Positions 30,655 to 39,581 of a stretch of 64,000 nt of DNA are shown piece after piece (within the stretch, counting starts at the first letter, position 1; each line of letters begins with the position of its first letter). The notes under the pieces were generated by a model, which saw nothing but the letters and a program-made list of their open reading frames with translations, had not been told where the DNA came from and searched no databases. This DNA comes from Bacteroidota bacterium (GTDB lineage: Bacteria > Bacteroidota > Bacteroidia > 2-12-FULL-35-15), in contig CANJYB010000017.1 of assembly GCA_947479085.1 (NCBI GenBank), positions 34,955-98,954 on the forward strand, read 5' to 3'. The translations under genes were made by a program, and so were the position numbers.

Positions 30655-30699
30655 AGCTTTTGTGTGAATCAGGTATTTAAAAAAAATAAAGGATTATGA

Positions 30700-31452
30700 T
30701 TATGCGTTGTATTTACGCATGGTGAATTGCACTTTGCGAACTTGTTTGAATTGCGGACTGGAGGCGTTAAAAATGGATAATACATATTTTTTAACTGCCT
30801 GTGCTATTGGAACAAGGCCGGTGTTAGGAAAATAAAGTGCTTTATTTCTTGCGATACGTGCATTGGATAGAGCTGTTGCGGCATCTATACATGCTGTGTT
30901 TTTGGATGTGAGGTCGGAAACCACTGTGTTAAGCGTTGTGATTTTGATAGGTGTTTCGTTTGGCGTATAAGTGGATTCGGAAGCTACGAGGGCTATTAGT
31001 TTCTGGAAGTTGTCTAATTTGGAATCGTAGCTTTGTTGTGATACGGAAATTTGTGTGCCTGTTGGCAATGGTGCTCCCGGAACGGGCGGGGGTGCTGGTG
31101 CAAGGGTTTTTCCTTTGCGCTGACCCTGGATTTTACGGTTGATGGTTTTTGCGTCTTTGATGAGTTGAGCGGATGCATCTGTTGCCTGCAGGGCGTTTAT
31201 GATTTGAGTTGCTGTTCTTCTGATAGGCTCGAAAGCGATTTCGCGTGCGTTTGTGGCAGAGATGAAAGTTGTTCCTGTGCTAATTACGTCTGTGATTGTA
31301 GTTTCGGCAGCTGTGTATTGGGCGTTGAGTCCAACTAATTTAAGTGCTGCTTTTGCGGGATTGTACTGCGAGCCGTAGCCTGTGCAATAAGAGATTAATG
31401 ATTGGAAGTGTGCTACATTGATAGCATGTCCGGTTTCTGATGTTGATGCCAT
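30700..31452 (-). CDS. hypothetical protein (Ala/Thr-rich, proline-rich linker), downstream of an ECF sigma factor
   Basis: 250 aa, no signal peptide or TM, GC-richer than surroundings; PAPPPVPGAPLP linker. Confidence 0.4.
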   Translation of the reverse strand: MASTSETGHAINVAHFQSLISYCTGYGSQYNPAKAALKLVGLNAQYTAAETTITDVISTGTTFISATNAREIAFEPIRRTATQIINALQATDASAQLIKDAKTINRKIQGQRKGKTLAPAPPPVPGAPLPTGTQISVSQQSYDSKLDNFQKLIALVASESTYTPNETPIKITTLNTVVSDLTSKNTACIDAATALSNARIARNKALYFPNTGLVPIAQAVKKYVLSIFNASSPQFKQVRKVQFTMRKYNA

Positions 31453-31551
31453 TTTGTTTAAGATTTAAATTGTTATTACTATTAATTGATTTAAGAGATT
31501 CCGATATTTGGTTTTAACTTATAAAAGAACCCCCTTTATATATATAAGAGC

Positions 31552-32148
31552 CTAAACCTTAAAAATCCGTCTGTTTTTTTGAAAAATATTTTCTCCCATC
31601 ATCTTTTGTAATTTTTTTAATATTTTGGAACCTTGCCCGGAAGCACTGTTTTCGCCTATGTCCATGAGCTCTCCAATCTTTTTCCAGCTTAATTTATCCC
31701 AAAAACGATATTTTAAGAGTTCTACATTTTCAGGTGGAAGTTTTTCCAAAAGCTGGGTTATTATCGTTGTGTCGAGTTCTTCGGTTTTTTCCTGATCGGG
31801 TATTGCCATCATTTGTTTTACGAGTTTTTTTGAATCTGATGTGTTCAATTTTCGTTTGCGCTTGAGCTGCAATAAATAATGTTTGGTTGTGACGAACAAC
31901 CAACCTTCGAAAACCTGGCGCTCGATGTATTTGCCGGAATTTATATCGTTGAAGATTGTTATTATTATCTCCTGTGTGGCGTCCTCTGCATCTTCGAAAG
32001 AATCCAAAAAATCCAAACAAAGGGAAAATATTGTATCGTGATGAAATTTAATTAATGATGGGAAGGCTTGTGCATCCCCGTTCTTGTGTTTTTCGATGAG
32101 TTCGGAATCTCTGAGATTCGCGGCTGCTCTTTTTTGGTCTATTGTCAT
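31552..32148 (-). CDS. RNA polymerase sigma-70 factor, ECF subfamily
   Basis: 198 aa; region-2-like N-terminal half (DAEDATQEIIITIF) and region-4-like C-terminal half (LSWKKIGELMDIGENSASGQGSKILKKL). Confidence 0.65.
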   Translation of the reverse strand: MTIDQKRAAANLRDSELIEKHKNGDAQAFPSLIKFHHDTIFSLCLDFLDSFEDAEDATQEIIITIFNDINSGKYIERQVFEGWLFVTTKHYLLQLKRKRKLNTSDSKKLVKQMMAIPDQEKTEELDTTIITQLLEKLPPENVELLKYRFWDKLSWKKIGELMDIGENSASGQGSKILKKLQKMMGENIFQKNRRIFKV

Positions 32149-32167
32149 GGTGGTACGAATTGTTTTT

Positions 32168-32288
32168 GGTACGGATAACGAATAAGAAACGAATTTGCGA
32201 ATGTCGTGTTGGTTCGGATAACGAATTGAAACGAATTTGCGAATGTCGCGTTGGTTCGGATAACGAATTGAAACGAATTTGCGAATGG
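32168..32288. repeat. 42-bp tandem repeat (~2.9 copies) immediately upstream of the ECF sigma gene
   Basis: Unit ggttcggataacgaattgaaacgaatttgcgaatgtcgcgtt; internal CGAAT motif phased every ~10-11 bp. Confidence 0.85.
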
Positions 32289-32741
32289 CCTCACTCCCGA
32301 ATAACTCGGGATTTTCAACCCCGGCCCCACCCCTTGAAATAAGGGGAGGGGTGCCAAGGTGTGACGGTGTTTCTTATTGGTTTTTAGTTATTGGTTTTTA
32401 ATTATTAGTTGCGGGTGCGGAAAGAGGTTAATAAAACCTCGTTTGCGCGGAGCCGCAATAAAGATTACTTAATTGAAATTTTATTAAAAGGTTAATAAAC
32501 TGATTGAAAACTGCGGGTAAGCGTACTTTTTTTAATGGTTAGATTGGGTGGAGTGACCGCGGGAACAGAGGAATAAAGATTGCTTTGTTTGACGGTTATA
32601 TTAATGGCTGTAAAGTTTATTCATGCAGTTGGATTTGAAGTTATGGTTTATTATACGGGGGATTTTGGGTTGGGTTACGTTTTTGGGGAAGTTTTTTTTG
32701 GGGGAGGACATTAAATCTTGAAAAATGGGTAAAATTGCGTC

Positions 32742-32777
32742 TACTGAAATTCAGTAAAGTGCTACTGAAATTCAGTA
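32742..32777. promoter_or_regulatory. pair of identical 15-bp near-palindromes TACTGAAATTCAGTA spaced 21 bp
   Basis: Two copies at 32742-32756 and 32763-32777, ~270 bp upstream of the 1461-aa T9SS cargo gene; dimeric-regulator operator-like. Confidence 0.4.
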
Positions 32778-33044
32778 CGGTTTTTAGGGGTGAATCTCTG
32801 GAAAGGGTTGAAAACATTGAAATTGGTTTTTACGGGAAAAACACTGCATATTAAAGTGATGATTATTTTGTTTTACTTTGTGTTATAGTTGTTATTGAAG
32901 CTTTAAAAATTAATACACTAAATTAACTTTAATTATTCACCATGTGTAGCTATAATTACATAAATGTTTTCCCACCCGTCTGTAATGTTTTTGCTTTATA
33001 AGTAAATAGATAAATTCATTAATAAACAAAAATTCAAAAAATAC

Positions 33045-36000
33045 ATGAAAAAACAAATATCAAAAACAAAATGCAGAATGTTAGAGTTCGCTTTTGCAAG
33101 TAAAAAAATAGTTTTGGCAATGATACTGATAGGAATGGTAACGGCAAGTAGTTTTGCCAGAAACGGGTTAACCTGCGATAGTGCAAAAATATTTCCTGCT
33201 CCAAATTCAATAATAGATAGTAATGTTGTTTCGGGAACAGAAATGTGGTTCAGTTTTGTTGCGGATTCTACTCATAAAAGAATTTTGATGATAAAAGATC
33301 CGGCTGCTACCGGTCACATTCATCGAATGGAGGTATATTCAGGTACTTGCAGTTCGCCAACTTTAATAGATAGCATTAGTATAACCCTAACAAATGACAG
33401 CCTTTTAATATTGAATGAAACTTCTTTAACTGTTTCAAATACTTACCATATTAAAGTTGTAAGGGGTATTAGTACCTGTAGCGGATGCACAGGTGGAACT
33501 GCAAAGTTTAAAATGCAGATAATGCAACCAATATCTTTTGGTATGACATGCGGGGCAGCATCTTGCGTTGAGCAATTGGCTAATCCCGGGCAATCAACAC
33601 CTACATGGCCTCATGCCTTATTTGATTGTGGCGATGTACTTACAACTTGTATTAACACTGATTTAACTTTTTGTCACGATGTACATAATCCTAATTGGAC
33701 TTATCCGAATATGACAACTGGAGACCAATATTTCGAATGGGCTGCTCCCGGTGCTTCAACTTATACCACACCAACCCTTGGTATATCTACTCCTTATCCG
33801 GGAGGCAGTATAACGGATTTTTCATACGATTGTTACACGTTTCAGTGGTCAAGTCCTGGGATATACCCTGTATATTTAAGTTATTTTGATTTAACAGACC
33901 CTGTTAATCCTTTACAAATAACCATTGAAATGCATGTAATTGTTGAAGAGATTGTTCCTTCATTACCAATTAGCCCAAATCCGGTATGTGTAAATGAACC
34001 AGTAACGTTTACTAATGGGGCTACTAGTTTGCCTTCTGGTAATCCAATCAGTGGTTTTTTTGTAACCCTTGATTATGGGGATGGAAGTTCACTTCAACCA
34101 TTTATTGCCTCGCCAACTTTAACTCATACTTATACAACTCCAGGAACTTATACTGTAACCATGACAATAAATGATTATGTATGTTCCAATACCAGTACTT
34201 ATACAGTAGTTGTAACTGATATTACAGCTGATTTTACAGCTACTGAAGCCTGTGAGGGCACTCCTACCACCTTTACAGATTACTCCACCTGTTTGGGAGC
34301 AGGAACAATTACTTATTTATGGGATTTTGGAGATGGTTCCACCTCTACTTTACAAAACCCAACTTATACCTATGCTTCGGCAGGAACTTATACTGTAACG
34401 TTTACTGTTACAAATGTGACCACCGGAGGCACCTCTACCATCTCTTATAATGTAACTGTTGCCCCTCCACCTTTCATTTTTGTTTTGGGTGCTACAAATG
34501 CCTGCGATGTAACAGCCTCCTATAGTGTTATTCAGGTTGGGGTTTCGTTACCGGTTTCTTCTTATTCATGGACCGCAGATAACGGTGCAGCCAATCCGAC
34601 AGGAACAGGTGCTACATTTACTCCTGCTTTTACGGGAAGTGGAGGGACTGTAACCTGTACTATTACTACCGAAAATGGCTGTACTGCAACAGCTTCATTT
34701 TATGTTGGAAGTTGTTGCCGTGCTCCTCAAGGCTCAACCGAACATACTTTTTATGGTGGTAATGTTAACACAGATATGATTGCAAATATAGGGCCTCCAT
34801 TCATTACTGGTGCAGGAGGAGTAATAACCAACCAAACATTTTATATCAATGGTTCATTTACTGTTGATCATAATTTAACCCTGGTAGGATGTACCGTTTT
34901 GCTTGGTTATAATGCTGCCCTCAATTTAAAGCCTGGAGTTACATTAAAGATTACTGCAAGTTCTATAAACCAATCTCACTTATATGCCTGTGAAGAAATG
35001 TGGCAGGGAATAAATGTGTATGATGCAACATCGCATGTTATTATTAATGAAAAATCGACCATAGAAGATGCTGAAGTGGCTGTGTTTTCAGCACTTAATG
35101 GAGATATTAAAACGGATGGTATTAATGCTTCCAGCACCGTTATTTTCAATAAAAATTACCAAGGTATTGTAATAAATAACTGCACAGGTACATTTCAGGG
35201 ACATGTAAGGGCAACTACATTTGAATGTAATAACGGGGTGATTGCGGGGGGAAACCCAACAAATACAGGAAACACATTATTGCATTATCCTCATGCCGGG
35301 GAACGTTCTTATTCTGGAATTGAGATTGCCAGAGTGGACGACATTAAAATAGGGGATGAAACTTCTGCAAATTTTACCAATACTTTTGATTACATGGATT
35401 ATGGTATCAGAACTATGTATAGTGGTTCGGCAGGAAGTCCGGTGGGGAGTGTTACCATATACAATAATAAATTTAAAAACATTTATGACATTGGAGGGTC
35501 CTCAAAACAGGTGGCTGCTATATGGGCTTATAATGATTATTACGGACCTTATGGTAATTTAAAAGTAGGAGCCGACCCTTTGATAGCTTCGCAAACACAA
35601 GCTCCCAATTATTTTGAAGAGTGTAATTATGGGGTGTTTAGCCAATCGTACAGCAGCCGGATAAATTACAATACCTTTAAAAATATAAACTCCAACATAG
35701 AGCATCAGGCTGGTATTTTTTTAGGTCAAAACACTAAAGTTACTAACGAGATAAGCTGGAATAATATGATTAAAATGAGGTATGGAATAGAACTTTTTTT
35801 AATTCAGTACAGCAAAATGGATATACATGATAACACCATTGATGTGGATGCCCAGTTGAACATGCACACATGGGACATGCATAGTTTCGGTATTTGTTCT
35901 TTTTTAAGTTTCTATAACAAATCGGACCTGTTTATCCGTACCAACCACATAACCCTAAGAAATATTGATAATACTAATGGTGCGTATGCGGCCGATGGAA

Positions 36001-37430
36001 TACGTTCTACTATTACCCAGGCAAGCACATTTTATATACTTGGTAACGAGGTGCATTTATACAATGACCATTCTGACCAGACTGTTTTTTCGAATGGTAT
36101 AAGGGTAGATGGCTTTACTAATGGTGGTGTGGTAAATTGTAACCTTATTGACAGGACGGGTACAGGTGTTACCATTCCGGGTAACAATTTAGAATCGAAT
36201 GGTATTTATAATGAAAACTCTACAAATATGCAGTTTTTTAATAATAATACTTCGTTTATGGCAAGCGGTATTAGAGGAACATGGGATTGTCCGGGTTTTC
36301 TAACCGGATGTAATTACCTTGGAAACAGTGGTGATGGAGTAACCTTTAATAATGCTACAAACATACCTAACCAGCATCCAAGCGCAGTAGGGACAGGTAA
36401 TATGTTTGCAGGAACTTCGTATTTAGGGGATATTGCTGGATATGCATATACTATGGGAGGAGGTAGTACTCCGATAGATTGGTATTGGTTTAGTTACAAT
36501 CCGATTACTGGCGCTAATCCAACAAATATAAATATTTTACCAGCTACTTCTGATGGTTGTGCATGGCCTCCGGGTATTGCCGGTTGTTCTATTCCTGAGG
36601 GCGGAGACCATGGTGGAGAAAAAGTAGCTATGAGAGAAATGTTGCTTGGGAAAATAGTAAGAGGAGAAAATAGTTATGATAGCCTGAGCGATGAATTTAT
36701 GTTAAGAGACTCCATATTTGCTTTCCGCCAGTTAAGGATGGCAGATACACTGATGCATTTGCAAACAGATGATGATACACTGTACCAGAATTTTTATGCC
36801 CGATGCAAAGCAAGGAATGTTGGTAAATTTGAAAAGGTGAACGAGTACATTATCGATTCTGTTTTTGGTCATATCGATTCTGCCCAAATTACCAATCAAA
36901 ACATACCTACCCATGGTACCATGCAGGATAACCAAAAACTGGTAAACAGCATTTATTTAAACAAACTGAAGTACGAAAGTGATACCATAAACAAAGGAGT
37001 TCTATATGTATTTGACAGCACCGAAACAGCCGAACTGCAATCTGTAGCTTACCAGCATCCATTGCTTGGGGGAGAATCGGTTTATCTTGCCAGAATATTG
37101 TTATGGATAGAAGTAGTGGACGATAAAACTTTAATTGCAAAAAGTTTAGTACATAAACCTAAGCCAAAAGCTACCAATCCTGATTCTTTCAAGTTGTTTC
37201 CGAATCCAAATAATGGGGAGATGCAATTGAATTATAAATTGCAGGATAATGAAAGCGGTTATGTAATACTTTTAAATATACTTGGCGAAAAGATTAATAC
37301 CTATCCATTTGCTAAAGATTCCAATGTTTTGAATATTACAGAAAAGCATTTGGATAATGGAGTTTATTTTTACCAGGTATTTGTTAATTCACAACGGGTT
37401 TATTCTGATAAATTTATCATAAATAAATAA
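33045..37430 (+). CDS. giant T9SS C-terminal-sorting-domain protein with PKD domains and right-handed beta-helix region
   Basis: Signal peptide/TM; PKD signatures DYGDGS and WDFGDGSTS; parallel beta-helix-like repeats (NNCTGT, GIRVDGFTNGGVVNCN); C-terminal ...FPNPNNGEMQLNY...VYFYQVFVNSQRVYSDKFIINK is a T9SS CTD. Confidence 0.65.
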   Translation: MKKQISKTKCRMLEFAFASKKIVLAMILIGMVTASSFARNGLTCDSAKIFPAPNSIIDSNVVSGTEMWFSFVADSTHKRILMIKDPAATGHIHRMEVYSGTCSSPTLIDSISITLTNDSLLILNETSLTVSNTYHIKVVRGISTCSGCTGGTAKFKMQIMQPISFGMTCGAASCVEQLANPGQSTPTWPHALFDCGDVLTTCINTDLTFCHDVHNPNWTYPNMTTGDQYFEWAAPGASTYTTPTLGISTPYPGGSITDFSYDCYTFQWSSPGIYPVYLSYFDLTDPVNPLQITIEMHVIVEEIVPSLPISPNPVCVNEPVTFTNGATSLPSGNPISGFFVTLDYGDGSSLQPFIASPTLTHTYTTPGTYTVTMTINDYVCSNTSTYTVVVTDITADFTATEACEGTPTTFTDYSTCLGAGTITYLWDFGDGSTSTLQNPTYTYASAGTYTVTFTVTNVTTGGTSTISYNVTVAPPPFIFVLGATNACDVTASYSVIQVGVSLPVSSYSWTADNGAANPTGTGATFTPAFTGSGGTVTCTITTENGCTATASFYVGSCCRAPQGSTEHTFYGGNVNTDMIANIGPPFITGAGGVITNQTFYINGSFTVDHNLTLVGCTVLLGYNAALNLKPGVTLKITASSINQSHLYACEEMWQGINVYDATSHVIINEKSTIEDAEVAVFSALNGDIKTDGINASSTVIFNKNYQGIVINNCTGTFQGHVRATTFECNNGVIAGGNPTNTGNTLLHYPHAGERSYSGIEIARVDDIKIGDETSANFTNTFDYMDYGIRTMYSGSAGSPVGSVTIYNNKFKNIYDIGGSSKQVAAIWAYNDYYGPYGNLKVGADPLIASQTQAPNYFEECNYGVFSQSYSSRINYNTFKNINSNIEHQAGIFLGQNTKVTNEISWNNMIKMRYGIELFLIQYSKMDIHDNTIDVDAQLNMHTWDMHSFGICSFLSFYNKSDLFIRTNHITLRNIDNTNGAYAADGIRSTITQASTFYILGNEVHLYNDHSDQTVFSNGIRVDGFTNGGVVNCNLIDRTGTGVTIPGNNLESNGIYNENSTNMQFFNNNTSFMASGIRGTWDCPGFLTGCNYLGNSGDGVTFNNATNIPNQHPSAVGTGNMFAGTSYLGDIAGYAYTMGGGSTPIDWYWFSYNPITGANPTNINILPATSDGCAWPPGIAGCSIPEGGDHGGEKVAMREMLLGKIVRGENSYDSLSDEFMLRDSIFAFRQLRMADTLMHLQTDDDTLYQNFYARCKARNVGKFEKVNEYIIDSVFGHIDSAQITNQNIPTHGTMQDNQKLVNSIYLNKLKYESDTINKGVLYVFDSTETAELQSVAYQHPLLGGESVYLARILLWIEVVDDKTLIAKSLVHKPKPKATNPDSFKLFPNPNNGEMQLNYKLQDNESGYVILLNILGEKINTYPFAKDSNVLNITEKHLDNGVYFYQVFVNSQRVYSDKFIINK

Positions 37431-37442
37431 ACTATCTTTGTA

Positions 37443-38450
37443 TTGATGAAGAACAGACTAAACAAAGCAGAGGCATTTTTTCTCTCTCTCATTTGGAGAC
37501 TTGGAAGAAGTTGTCTTTGCTTTGTTTTTATTTTTTCTTCTTTAAAAAGTGAAAGTCAAAATATTGTACCGAATGCTTCTTTTGAGATTCTTGATAGTTG
37601 TAATATAACTCTTAGCGGTGGAATTTATTATGGTAACTACCCATCCTGGAATTCCCCAACAGATGGTACGGCCGATGGATTTAACAACTGCACTCCGAAT
37701 TTGAGTTTTTCTATGCCTTCAAATGGATTTGGATTTCAATATCCTCATTCAGGGAATGGCTATGCGGGAGGAGCTTTCTATGCTATGAACTTCAGAGAAT
37801 TTTTACAAGTAAGACTGGATACTTCTTTAATTGCTAATCAGCAATATTGTGCAAGTGTGTATGTTAGTCTTGCAAACAGATCTCAATTACCTTGTAATAA
37901 TATTGGTATGTATTTTTCATCTGCCCTTACATACATTCCAACAACAAGTTATTTAAACTTTGTTCCACAAATAAATGACACGAATATAGTCAGTGATACT
38001 TCTGGTTGGACTTTAATTTATGGTCATTTTACTGCCACTGGCGGAGAGCGATACTTAATTATAGGTAATTTTTACAGCGATTCTTTAACCGACACTTTAC
38101 ACATGAATGGAAATTTTCCCGGTGCATACTATTTTTTAGATGATGTAAATGTACATTGTTGTAGTTGTGATAGCACGGGTAGCTTACATGATGGTATAAG
38201 TGAAATAAAGGAATCGGAAATAAATATATGCCCTAACCCCGCAAATAATATACTTACTATAGATTTAAATAATACAAAAGAAAAAAACTTACAATTAGTA
38301 ATAACGAATCTTTTAGGGCAGATGTTATATGCTTCAAAAATAAGTTCATCCAAGTCCGTCATAGATATAAGTGCTTACCCAAGTGGTGTTTATTTTATTT
38401 CTTTAAAAGATGAAAAAGAAAGGATAAACAAAAAGTTTGTGAAAGAATGA
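37443..38450 (+). CDS. T9SS C-terminal-sorting-domain protein (paralog A)
   Basis: 335 aa; C-terminus ...CPNPANNILTIDL...GVYFISLKDEKERINKKFVKE is a T9SS CTD; 3' half ~95% nt-identical to the next gene. Confidence 0.55.
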   Translation: MMKNRLNKAEAFFLSLIWRLGRSCLCFVFIFSSLKSESQNIVPNASFEILDSCNITLSGGIYYGNYPSWNSPTDGTADGFNNCTPNLSFSMPSNGFGFQYPHSGNGYAGGAFYAMNFREFLQVRLDTSLIANQQYCASVYVSLANRSQLPCNNIGMYFSSALTYIPTTSYLNFVPQINDTNIVSDTSGWTLIYGHFTATGGERYLIIGNFYSDSLTDTLHMNGNFPGAYYFLDDVNVHCCSCDSTGSLHDGISEIKESEINICPNPANNILTIDLNNTKEKNLQLVITNLLGQMLYASKISSSKSVIDISAYPSGVYFISLKDEKERINKKFVKE

Positions 38451-38475
38451 CCTGTTACAAACTTTTTAAGGGGTT

Positions 38476-39441
38476 TTGCTTTTTAAGATAATGAAGTATT
38501 TCTTTTTTATATCTGTTTTATTCTTCATCTTCTTAATAAAAGGAAGAGGGCAAAATATTGTTCCTAATTCTTCTTTCGAAATTCTAGATAGCTGCAACTG
38601 GTTGAATGCGGCTATTCTTCATGGCTATTACCCGTCTTGGGATTCTCCAACAAATGGTTCATCTGATGGATATAATTCTTGTTCTCCATATTCTACCTGG
38701 TCTTTTCCAGCAAATGCATTTGGTTTTCAATATCCTCATACTGGCAACGGATATATTGGAGGAGGGTATTATGGTAATGGAATAAGGGAATTCATTCAAG
38801 TAAAATTGGATACCTCTTTAATTGCTAATCAGGAATATTGTGCAAGCGTATATGTTAATCTTGCGAATAGGTCAGAATTTCCGTGCAATAATATAGGAAT
38901 GAGTTTTTTAGACACCCATACATATTTTTCAACAAATAGTTATTTAAACTTATCCCCTCAAATTAATTTCTCTAATATAATAAGTGATACTTCCATCTGG
39001 ACTTTAGTTTATGGTCATTTTACTGCCACTGGCGGAGAGCGATACTTAATTATAGGTAATTTTTACAGCGATTCTTTAACCGACACTTTACACATGAATG
39101 GAAATTTCCCCGGTGCATACTATTTTTTAGATGATGTGAATGTACATTGTTGTAGTTGTGATAGCACGGGTAGCTTACATGATGGGATAAGTGAAATAAA
39201 GGAAGCGGAAATAAATATATACCCAAACCCGGTAAATAATATACTTACCATAGATTTAAAGAATATCAAAGAAAAAAACTTACAATTAGAAATATCGAAT
39301 TTATTAGGGCAGATGTTATATGCTTCAAAAATAAGTTCATCAAAATCCGTCATAGATATAAGTGCTTACCCAAGTGGTGTGTATTTTGTAAGATTAATAT
39401 CCCCAGAGAAGATAATAAACAGGAAGTTTGTAAAGGAGTAA
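38476..39441 (+). CDS. T9SS C-terminal-sorting-domain protein (paralog B)
   Basis: 321 aa; tandem paralog of the previous gene; T9SS CTD ...YPNPVNNILTIDL...GVYFVRLISPEKIINRKFVKE. Confidence 0.55.
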   Translation: MLFKIMKYFFFISVLFFIFLIKGRGQNIVPNSSFEILDSCNWLNAAILHGYYPSWDSPTNGSSDGYNSCSPYSTWSFPANAFGFQYPHTGNGYIGGGYYGNGIREFIQVKLDTSLIANQEYCASVYVNLANRSEFPCNNIGMSFLDTHTYFSTNSYLNLSPQINFSNIISDTSIWTLVYGHFTATGGERYLIIGNFYSDSLTDTLHMNGNFPGAYYFLDDVNVHCCSCDSTGSLHDGISEIKEAEINIYPNPVNNILTIDLKNIKEKNLQLEISNLLGQMLYASKISSSKSVIDISAYPSGVYFVRLISPEKIINRKFVKE

Positions 39442-39581
39442 TTAAAAAGTGCTAAGTATAATGGGGAGATAAAAAATTTGCTTGCCTAGATCCCTTTATT
39501 TCCTTGCCCCGCATTCTAAATTCCAATTTATCCAAAAATTATTGATAGTTTTATCCTCAGAAATAAAACAATTATTCGATT

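Noticed and set aside
30202-30699. Long ORFs on both strands through the 21-bp array (30202..30699 +, 30217..30477 -)
   Set aside because: Translations are perfect heptad iterations (ITILHIA / VEYSYR) created because 21 bp is 7 codons; no start context, low complexity.
32142-32357. ORFs 32142..32342 (+) and 32145..32357 (-) upstream of the sigma gene
   Set aside because: Run through the 42-bp repeat; repetitive translation; more likely regulatory DNA.
37443-39441. Diversity-generating retroelement (template/variable repeat) for the near-identical paralog segments
   Set aside because: No reverse transcriptase in the window and mismatches are not restricted to adenine positions.
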